Shown in pieces: positions 56,598 through 64,000 of a stretch of 64,000 nucleotides of DNA. The notes under the pieces are model-generated. The model was not told the origin of the DNA, did not search any database, and worked only from the letters and a program-made list of their open reading frames with translations. Each line of letters begins with the position of its first letter. The first letter of the stretch is position 1. The stretch lies in the NCBI GenBank assembly GCA_963825135.1, contig CAWGRW010000009.1, positions 2,560,001 through 2,624,000 of the forward strand, read 5' to 3'. Both the position numbers and the translations under genes were made by a program. This DNA is from an uncultured bacterium. Lineage in GTDB: Bacteria; Desulfobacterota_D; UBA1144; Nemesobacterales; UBA2774.

Positions 56598-58017
56598 CCA
56601 GAATTTTGAGGTTTATTTTACCCGCCGCATTCAATATGAGGGAGCTTTTCGTCAAATCCCCTTCCACGAGCTTAATGTGCGTGGCGTCGGCAGGGACCTG
56701 CCCGAAAGTAGGGTCGACGGCCACCCATTCTCCCACAAAGACCTCGTTCCATGCGTGGTAGTAGAACCTCCCGTCGAGATATATTGTACCCGACACCGTT
56801 TTTGTCGGGATTCCGGCCGCGCGCGCGAGTGCCGCGAAAAGGGCCGAGTGCTCGTTACAGTCCCCCGAACCTGTTTTGAGGACGTCCCGGGCGTTGGGTA
56901 TGCCGGCGGTGCCGGTCTTCTTCAGATGGGTGAACACCCACGTGTTTAATTTGATTGCGGCCTTGAGCGAGTCTTTTTCGCCTTCGAGTATCTCGCGGGA
57001 TTTGGATATTATTTCCTTGTCCCCGCTCTGGATGAGGTTCTCCGGAGCGAGGTAGAGCGCGAGCGCGGGGTCCCCGTTCGGGAGCGCGTACGTATTCAGG
57101 CGGGAAATGTCCCCCGCGCGTATCGTGACGAATTTCCCGTCGTACGATTGCCTGTATCCGTCCGAGAGGTCAAACCCGTCCCCGGGGCCGATGCCGCCTA
57201 TCTCCGCCTTCATGTATCTGAGGCCCCTCGGGTCGTCAATCGTGACGTCGGACGGTATGGAGGTCGAGCCCTGCACGTCGAGAGCGGAAAGCCCGTCCCC
57301 GGACATGCTCCCGCTTTCGTCCCTGAGAGCGGTCATTCCCGGGGGGATCAGCTCCTTTAGAACCTTCCCGCCGTCCGCGATCCAGGACGTCGTGCGGGCG
57401 CCGGCTATCGTCGACTCCACCCGCCAGGCCGAAACGGCGCCCAGGGAAGGCACTTCGACGGTATCCCTGCCCGCGATGAGGCTCGAGGATTCGAAGTCCC
57501 CCGGAGAAGACGAGCCTATGACGGACACGGGGTCGATGACCGGGACCCTGTACTCCCGCCCTATTTCGGGGGAGAGCGATATTATTCGCGAAGGGAGCAT
57601 GGATACGGGTATGAGGCCGGGGGGCGCGTCGAAAACGATCTCCGAGTCCCCGGAGAGGGTCTTCATCTTCATCCGCATGGAGTCCCCTTCCCTCACGCCC
57701 GAGGCTGTCACCTTTCCGGACGGAGATTCGAACCTGAATTCGAAGGAGAGGAGCTTATCCCCGCCGAGCCTGTAATGGGCCTCCGTCTCCACGTCCTCGG
57801 TATTGTCGAGGAGCCTGACCCTGATCCTGGCCTTTTCCACTGCCTCGGTCACGCCGCCTTCTGTTTTGACGGAGTCGTACGAGTAGCCTATCTTCCTGCC
57901 CCCTGAATATATGTATAGAAGGTTTTCGCTGGAAGTACCGGCATATACGTGTGAGGCTGACGGTAGTAAGGACAGGGCGATTGCCGTGAGAATGAAAGCG
58001 GCTCTTCTAAATGGCAT
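56587..58017 (-). CDS. Secreted transglutaminase-like domain protein
   Basis: GDCNEH, YHAWNEV, DPT (Cys-His-Asp triad). Confidence 0.9.
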   Translation of the reverse strand: MPFRRAAFILTAIALSLLPSASHVYAGTSSENLLYIYSGGRKIGYSYDSVKTEGGVTEAVEKARIRVRLLDNTEDVETEAHYRLGGDKLLSFEFRFESPSGKVTASGVREGDSMRMKMKTLSGDSEIVFDAPPGLIPVSMLPSRIISLSPEIGREYRVPVIDPVSVIGSSSPGDFESSSLIAGRDTVEVPSLGAVSAWRVESTIAGARTTSWIADGGKVLKELIPPGMTALRDESGSMSGDGLSALDVQGSTSIPSDVTIDDPRGLRYMKAEIGGIGPGDGFDLSDGYRQSYDGKFVTIRAGDISRLNTYALPNGDPALALYLAPENLIQSGDKEIISKSREILEGEKDSLKAAIKLNTWVFTHLKKTGTAGIPNARDVLKTGSGDCNEHSALFAALARAAGIPTKTVSGTIYLDGRFYYHAWNEVFVGEWVAVDPTFGQVPADATHIKLVEGDLTKSSLILNAAGKINLKILDAS

Positions 58018-58086
58018 GTTACGGGAATAATCTACACACGTTTATCCCCGGTCTCAATATTTTTTCTTGAGAGCGGGATACGGACC

Positions 58087-58141
58087 ATCCGCCTACCTTC
58101 CCGCCCTATACCCCCGCGGAGGTTGGCGGATGGCGGATCAT
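58087..58141. repeat. Palindromic element; inverted copy at 62964-63019
   Basis: atccgcctaccttcccgccctatacccccgcggaggttggcggatggcggatcat vs atgatccgccaatccgccaacctccgcaagggtatagggcgggaaggatggcggat. Confidence 0.8.
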
Positions 58142-58378
58142 GCCGCTCCCCGTTAAGAAGCTGGCTGCATTAAGCTGGTAAAACACTTGGAAAAGTTAAA
58201 AAAAGGGAGTATTACATCTGCTCTTTATAATCTCTATACAAGTACTATAGTCATTCCCTGCATCCCGATACCGATACACTAAAAAGAGTAAATACGGCTC
58301 TATACACCATTTGACCGATAGAGAATTAACCCACCCTCCATATATTTAACAGTAAAAGTCAATTTTCAGGAGGGTTAC

Positions 58379-59116
58379 ATGAAAAAGATTACCGTTTACG
58401 ACCTGCCCACGCGTTTCTTTCACTGGCTTTTTGCTTTCCTTTTTATAGCGGCTTTTGTCATCGCAAAAGCTGTGGACGATGAAAGCCCGCTTTTTAGCTA
58501 TCACATGCTGGCTGGACTGACTATCGCGTATTTACTGGTTCTGAGGTTTATATGGGGATTTACAGGCACGGCCTATGCGCGTTTTTCATCCTTTAAATTA
58601 AATCCCATTGAACTTATCCGGTACTTTAAAGACACCGTTGTCATGAAGACCAAATCCTATCCGGGTCATAACCCGGCTTCGAGCTACGCGGCGGTGATCA
58701 TGTTTGCCTGCGCTATCGGACTGGCTGTCACGGGTATATTAATGAGTACCGGCGGCGAAAACGATAGTCTTGAGGAGATCCACGAGTTACTGGCTAATAT
58801 ATTCCTGATTTCTGTTATTATTCACGTAGCCGGGATCGTTTTTCACCACTTTAGACACAGAGATTCATTATGGTCCAGCATGTTGGACGGCAAAAAGAAG
58901 ACGAGCTCGGATGCCCCAGGAATCGCGAGCATGAGACCGGCTGCATTATTGCTTTTTGCTATTCTTTTTGCATCCTGGCTTGGGTATATGATTACTAACT
59001 ACGACAGCCGCACTCAGACTTTGAATTTACTGGGGACCAGGCTGAGCCTGGGCGAATCGGAAAATGAATCCGAGCGTGGTTCTGAAGGCGGTCACGAAGA
59101 GTACGATGACGACTGA
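58379..59116 (+). CDS. Cytochrome b (b561/Ni-hydrogenase cytb-type) membrane protein
   Basis: DLPTRFFHW, H..AG, R..WGF.G...ARF, GHNP, IHE, IHVAG heme ligands. Confidence 0.88.
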   Translation: MKKITVYDLPTRFFHWLFAFLFIAAFVIAKAVDDESPLFSYHMLAGLTIAYLLVLRFIWGFTGTAYARFSSFKLNPIELIRYFKDTVVMKTKSYPGHNPASSYAAVIMFACAIGLAVTGILMSTGGENDSLEEIHELLANIFLISVIIHVAGIVFHHFRHRDSLWSSMLDGKKKTSSDAPGIASMRPAALLLFAILFASWLGYMITNYDSRTQTLNLLGTRLSLGESENESERGSEGGHEEYDDD

Positions 59117-59127
59117 GCTCAATTAAA

Positions 59128-59637
59128 ATGAACATAAACGAGCGACTGACAATATCCGCTATATTGGTCTTTATAGCCGTTCTGACTTTTATAGATATCT
59201 ATAACGACTATCTCGACGGGGTAGCGTTATGGCATATCTCGATCGAAACCATTGTAGGATTGACGGCGCTTGCGGTGGTTTACTACCTCATAAAGAGCCA
59301 TATTACGATGCAGCACACGGTTGAGAAGGAGAAGCGGCTCTCGAACGAGCTTAGTCTCGAAGCGCAAAAATGGAAGCGCGTATCGAAGACCTACCTTGAC
59401 GGATTGAGCGTCGAAATTAACAAGCAGCTGGACAAATGGGAGCTGACCGAAGCCGAAAAACGGGTCGCCTTTCTGCTGTTAAAAGGGCTTAGCATAAAGG
59501 AAATAGCCGATCTGAGAAAAACGAGCGAGAAAACCGTCCGCACACAGGCAAATTCCATATATTCCAAGTCCGGGCTCCCGGGCCGTTCCGCTTTATCGGC
59601 CTTTTTCCTTGAAGACTTACTGCCTCCAAGTCTCTAA
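59128..59637 (+). CDS. Membrane-anchored LuxR-type HTH regulator
   Basis: Two TM helices, W.LT.AE..VA..LLKGLS.KEIA..R..SEKTVR.Q. Confidence 0.88.
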   Translation: MNINERLTISAILVFIAVLTFIDIYNDYLDGVALWHISIETIVGLTALAVVYYLIKSHITMQHTVEKEKRLSNELSLEAQKWKRVSKTYLDGLSVEINKQLDKWELTEAEKRVAFLLLKGLSIKEIADLRKTSEKTVRTQANSIYSKSGLPGRSALSAFFLEDLLPPSL

Positions 59638-59685
59638 GGATCCTAATTTATTGTTAAGTTTTGCTCTGAACAACCTTATCCGGCA

Positions 59686-59814
59686 ATCAGACATTTCGGA
59701 CAAATGCGCGGAGTATACACCCCCCCGGATGTGTCGGAATGTCGGATATCCCGGGAACTGACAACTGACAGATGTGCGGAGGTATATACCCCGTAGATGT
59801 GTCAGTTGTGTCAG
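59686..59814. repeat. Two tandem hairpin elements with GTATA(T/C)ACCCC core
   Basis: gacatt..gacaaatgcgcggagtatacacccc..tgtcggaatgtc, nearly identical to 62859-62914; second unit ctgacaactgaca..tgtcagttgtgtcag. Confidence 0.8.
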
Positions 59815-59865
59815 ATGGTCTAAACCGTACTTGATTTTTATTTTGTCTTAATTATCATCGGCAGA

Positions 59866-60000
59866 ATGAAGGAAATCTTATATTATCTTGCTAGCTTGGC
59901 CGGAATAATCGGTCTGATTATTATGCTACTGGAATACAGGAATAATAAAAATAGAGAAATCAGGGCAATGACAGATCAAGTCATAAATGATTTTCGTGTA
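59866..60000 (+). pseudogene. 5' fragment of a DUF4760-like membrane-anchored gene interrupted by IS
   Basis: MKEILYYLASLAGIIGLIIMLLEYRN...NDFRV ends exactly at the IS terminus and is in frame with 62382-62753. Confidence 0.75.
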
Positions 60001-60056
60001 CTGCTCCCCATTTGTCAAACTCGGTTTAAGTTGGAATGATGAATCTTAAAACTAAC

Positions 60057-60080
60057 AAAAAAGGGAGCCGAAGCTCCCTT
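60057..60080 (-). terminator. Rho-independent terminator of the IPTL-CTERM gene
   Basis: Minus strand AAGGGAGC-TTCG-GCTCCCTTTTTT. Confidence 0.85.
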
Positions 60081-60109
60081 GAACTATTCAATTGTAATAT
60101 CCTCAGATT

Positions 60110-61045
60110 TTAAGCAGCCACTTTCCTTCTGCGAATAACCATAAATCCAGCTATCCCCAATATACCTGCCATCGCTATCACTCCCCATTCGCTAAGTGTC
60201 GGGATGGGGCGTGTGAAATCCGGGTCCGGGCCGAATATTAATGCGTCGAGGCCTGTCTCGGACTGGCCGATAATGTTTGTGATCCCATTCGAGGTGTTAA
60301 TCGTAGTCAGATAGGCGAGATCTTCGGGTCCAAAAACTCCATCATCGTCTCTCAGAGAGCCGAAAAGAACGCCGGTATCGGGGTTAAAAGCCAAGGCGTT
60401 CATGCGACGCGGTACATTTCCTACCGATGCCGGGATTTCGGTTGCAACACCTGTCCCAGGGTTTATAGTGACAAGACTTTCATTGTCACTAGGAGTGGCA
60501 TACAATATGCTGCTAAACAGGTCTATTGCGAGTCCGTTCCCGCCGCTATCAAATCCCGTGGGTCCTATAATGGTGCCTTCTCCAGAAGTTGTGTTAATCG
60601 TAAGGAATTTGTCGGTCATATCACAGCGATCCCCATAACCGTACAATGTATCGGTAACCGGGTCATAGGTTATATCTGGAACTCGCCCACATTCATCATG
60701 AGTGTCATCGTTCTGGCCTATAATACCGATGAGTCTACCACCACCCGTGTTCGGATTGATTTCGATGAGAATGGATGTATTCTCTCCAAATTCGTTATCC
60801 CCATCAGCGGTCCCTACTAGTCGTCCATCATTCAAAAATGCGAGGCCAGTTACATTATCAAACCCTATACGACCTATCAGTTTCGCAGCCCCTGTTTCCG
60901 GATCGATAACATACAAGCTGCTTTCTGTAGGTTGCATTTCTGACGTCGCGCCGGTGGCCGCACCATAGAGGGTCAGAGCTGATGCTGTTCCGTATAATAG
61001 GAAGAACACAGCAAACGCAGCGAATAAACGTATTAAGCTTTTCAA
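60110..61045 (-). CDS. IPTL-CTERM sorting-domain surface protein with beta-propeller-like repeats
   Basis: Signal peptide; repeated I(D/N)P.TG....IG units; C-terminal IPTLSEWG + TM + RRRK; GGAGGA RBS. Confidence 0.9.
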   Translation of the reverse strand: MKSLIRLFAAFAVFFLLYGTASALTLYGAATGATSEMQPTESSLYVIDPETGAAKLIGRIGFDNVTGLAFLNDGRLVGTADGDNEFGENTSILIEINPNTGGGRLIGIIGQNDDTHDECGRVPDITYDPVTDTLYGYGDRCDMTDKFLTINTTSGEGTIIGPTGFDSGGNGLAIDLFSSILYATPSDNESLVTINPGTGVATEIPASVGNVPRRMNALAFNPDTGVLFGSLRDDDGVFGPEDLAYLTTINTSNGITNIIGQSETGLDALIFGPDPDFTRPIPTLSEWGVIAMAGILGIAGFMVIRRRKVAA

Positions 61046-61266
61046 TTGTGTCCTCCATTAATTGCTCCATTAGACTATCTAAATAATCCGTAATTGTATC
61101 ACAGCATAGAATAATGGTATAGAGGTTTGTATAACTGGTTAGAATGACTGGATTTCTGATCGGTTTGCGGAAGAACATCCTTTGAGAATCTAAGGGTTAG
61201 CCGTCTGGGATTGTTTATTTCCTGATGCTGTTGAGTAACGCAGAAATCGTATATGAGCGCGGATTT

Positions 61267-62039
61267 TCAAGCAGCGTTTAACCGTGAGGCGTGATTCCCG
61301 TAATAATCTTCTTCTACCTGAAACGGTGTCTGGTATCCGTGTGCTGAATGCAGGTAACTCCTGTTGTAATAATCAACCCATTTGTCCAGTTCTAGGCTAA
61401 GCTCTCTCTCACTCTCCCATTCCCTAAGCCAAAAGAGCTCCTCCTTCATCGTTCTTATCATTCTTTCTGTATCTGCGTTACCCTTTGGGTTATTGTAGCT
61501 AGTAAATGCTTGCTCTACTTCAAGATTGGAACAAGCTTTCATAAAGCTAAGGGAAGTAGGCTGACTGCCGTTATCACTCATAAGCTTAAGTCTGTTTCCT
61601 CTAACTCCTCCAGGGAACTCCCTCGTAAGTCCTTTCTCTAAGGCTTCAAGCCATTCTCTGCTGTTCTTGCCTGTATTCCACTGTAGTGTCCTACTATCTT
61701 CTTCGTATACCAGTCCAGTACTATTACCACATATACCCAGCCACTGTCAGTCATGACCTTTGTCATATCTATACCCCACCACTGCTTAGGTTTGTCTGGG
61801 CTGGGCTTTGGTCTTTCTGATACTCTCTTAGCTATGAGCCTTGTGTTTGGTTTAACAGTAAGGTTATGCTCCCTCATTAACCTGTATACACGCTTCTTGT
61901 TTACTAGTAACCCATCTACATATCTCAGATATGCCCATACTCTTCTATAACCCCAGAATGGATGTTCTCCTTTTATATCTTTTATCCTTTCAAGTAAACA
62001 TTCGTTACGAAGAGCTACAGAGTCAGACTGATTTCTCAT
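61267..62039 (-). pseudogene. IS3-family transposase OrfB (DDE), frameshifted near 61658
   Basis: WGYRRV, WGIDMT, VLDW, then a frame change to EWLEAL...SDNGSQ, NADTER...KEE, YN..Y.HS.HGY.TP. Confidence 0.85.
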
Positions 62040-62311
62040 ATGAAGTCTTCCTCTGTTTTTTTTAATTCAACGGTGAGTGGGCCGATTATTTGTGTTAGCT
62101 CTTGATTCTTCTTACGAAGACGGTTTATTTCTCCACCCTCATTCTTAGACTCAAACGCTTTATGAGCTTCAGACAAGAACTTATCACGCCAGGTATAGTA
62201 TTGGTTCTGATGTATCCCGTACTCGTTGCATATCTCTGAAACCGGTCTGCCGGATAAACCTTCAAGTACTATCTTGGTCTTTGTTTTAGAATCCCATCTC
62301 CTTCGCTTCAT
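62036..62311 (-). CDS. IS3-family transposase OrfA (HTH)
   Basis: K.KIVLEGL.G...SEIC.EYGI....YY.WRDKFL; A8C slippery run at 62055-62063 gives -1 fusion to OrfB. Confidence 0.9.
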   Translation of the reverse strand: MKRRRWDSKTKTKIVLEGLSGRPVSEICNEYGIHQNQYYTWRDKFLSEAHKAFESKNEGGEINRLRKKNQELTQIIGPLTVELKKTEEDFI

Positions 62312-62381
62312 TGCTACCCTCCCACTGTGTTTTACAGATATTTTACTAGCTTAATTCTACTAGCTTCTTAATGGGGAGCAG

Positions 62382-62753
62382 TATATTCGGAACAATATAT
62401 ATCCAGTCTATTTAGATTTGTTTAACTCCGATCAGGGACAACCATATACACGTGAAATAGTTACAACACGCACATTAGCCGAAAATCCCAATTATATAAT
62501 GATACTCAGTTATTTTGAGTACCTGGGAACTTTATGGAATAGAAAGAATGTTGATAAGAATATAATACAGGAGAATTTATACGGCTATGTGGTAATCAGC
62601 TTTAATCCATTTAGAAGATACATAGAAGAATCAAGGAACGATTATAGAGATCCGGACTATTGCCGTAACTGGGAAAATATGGTTGATGATTTGAATAGGC
62701 GAGCTTTGTTGCTGAGATCTCGTCAATTATCTAATACTAACTTGCCCATATGA
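62382..62753 (+). pseudogene. 3' fragment of the IS-interrupted DUF4760-like gene
   Basis: YIRNNIYPVYLDLFN...ILSYFEYLG......VDKNII...YIEESR....PDY..NWE. Confidence 0.7.
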
Positions 62754-62769
62754 TACACTATTTTCCCCA

Positions 62770-63105
62770 AATGGGACAATGGGACACATCATCCGGGTAT
62801 ATACTCCGTCTGTCTGTCCCATCGGTCCCATAGTCCGAATCTCCCCTTATCCGCCAATCCGACATTCCGACAAATGCGCGGAGTATATACCCCGGAGAGT
62901 TGTCGGAATGTCGTAAAGTCTAAATCCTCCCTATCCCTCCTTTTTCTAAGGAGGGAATTAAAAATGATCCGCCAATCCGCCAACCTCCGCAAGGGTATAG
63001 GGCGGGAAGGATGGCGGATGGCGGATTCTTCCCTTACCCCGCCGCCAAGGGGGGGTATACAGGGTTGGCGGTAGCGGCGGGCGCAGAACCTGCGCTCGTA
63101 TACGA
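62770..63105. repeat. Cluster of at least five palindromic elements
   Basis: tgggac..gtccca, ccgacattccgac..gtcggaatgtcg, CCCTCC unit, atccgcc..ggcggat, ccgcc..ggcgg, ggcgcagaacctgcgctc. Confidence 0.8.
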
Positions 63106-63362
63106 TTTCTTCCAACTCCTGCGGCATATACGGACTGGCACATTGATAATAGAAAATTGATGTACACCCCCACCCTACCCCTAATTTGATTTGGGTGGCA
63201 TTGAGGCTGAAGTTAATTGGCTGCATGAGCGTCGTTGTAACTCCGACCGGTTCATACGCTTGCTCTGAACCGTTCCCTCAAGGGGGAGGGAAGTAATTGG
63301 GAGGAGCATCAGGCGCCGCCCCCCGATTGACACCCGGGGCTATATTAGGTTCACTAGAATAT

Positions 63363-64000
63363 ATGGAAGTAAGGGATATATTCGGAAAGGTATTTGCGGG
63401 TGAGAGGATAGGCAGGGAAGAGGGGCTTCGGCTCCTGAAGGAAGCCGACACCATACAGATGGGCTCTCTCGCCGACTCCGTAAGAAGAAAACACCACCCG
63501 GAGGGGATAGTTACGTTCGTCGCCGATACGAACCCCAACTACACGAACGTCTGCGACACGGAGTGCCTGTTCTGCGCCTTCTGGCGTCCGCCGGGCTCTC
63601 ACGACGCATATACGCACAGCGTCGACAAGGTCATAGGGATGATGAGGGCGTCTTACCACAACGGGGCCACGACGGTGCTGCTCCAGGGAGGGCACAACCC
63701 GGAGATCACGCTCGATTACTATCTGGAAATAATAACGAGAACGAAGAAGGAGATTCCGGGGCTCCACCTCCACGCGTTTTCCGCCCCCGAGATAAGCGCC
63801 ATAGCGAAATACTCCGGCCTGACGACCGAAGAAGTGCTCCGGAGGTTCTGGGACGCGGGTCTGAGGACCATACCCGGAGGAGGGGCCGAGGTGTTATCGA
63901 ACCGCGTGAGGAAGAAGATAAGCCCGCTCAAGATAGACGCCGACCAGTGGATGAAGGTCACGAGGGAGGCGCATCTGACCGGGTTCAAGACCACGGCGAC
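63363..64000 (+). CDS. mqnC: Radical SAM enzyme, cyclic dehypoxanthine futalosine synthase (partial, runs off end)
   Basis: Manual translation: VTFVADTNPNYTNVCDTECLFCAFWR, LLQGGHNP, IPGGGAE. Confidence 0.85.
   Translation, partial: MEVRDIFGKVFAGERIGREEGLRLLKEADTIQMGSLADSVRRKHHPEGIVTFVADTNPNYTNVCDTECLFCAFWRPPGSHDAYTHSVDKVIGMMRASYHNGATTVLLQGGHNPEITLDYYLEIITRTKKEIPGLHLHAFSAPEISAIAKYSGLTTEEVLRRFWDAGLRTIPGGGAEVLSNRVRKKISPLKIDADQWMKVTREAHLTGFKTTA

Larger units (their letters stand above)
60001..62381 (-). mobile_element. IS3-family element with passenger gene (transporter IS)
   Basis: Terminal inverted repeats CTGCTCCCCATT / AATGGGGAGCAG enclose orfA, orfB and the IPTL-CTERM gene; flanks rejoin into one ORF. 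Confidence 0.8.

Noticed and set aside
62789..63226. ORFs of 66-145 aa over the palindrome cluster (also 33854-34078)
   Set aside because: Translations of repeat DNA, with no RBS or protein-like features

Overview
Bacterial chromosomal window of mostly GC-rich housekeeping genes: gltA, ptsP, pyrG, rdgB, rph, smpB, tmRNA, dtd, clpB, pyrF, proS, ptsI/ptsH and a partial mqnC. The IPTL-CTERM protein and futalosine pathway suggest Ca. Dadabacteria/Desulfobacterota-like origin (inference only). Three AT-richer accessory tracts interrupt the backbone. (1) Between rph and the tmRNA 3' end lie a sigma54-driven secreted beta-helix protein, an ArsR/SRPBCC pair, a six-gene Ehr (hydrogenase-4/complex-I-related) operon and a DrrAB-type ABC exporter. 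In the Ehr operon the large subunit lacks the Ni ligands and the small subunit lacks 3 of 4 Fe-S cysteines. (2) A two-gene candidate anti-phage cassette (Abi_C-like protein plus PD-(D/E)XK nuclease) sits between clpB and pyrF. (3) An IS3-family element appears to carry an IPTL-CTERM surface-protein gene as passenger and splits a DUF4760-like gene. Also notable are a stand-alone diadenylate cyclase paired with a metallophosphoesterase, a Zymomonas/plant-type pyruvate decarboxylase, and several families of nested palindromic intergenic repeats. No CRISPR array, rRNA or tRNA was seen. All family assignments come from motif recognition by eye, not database searches.
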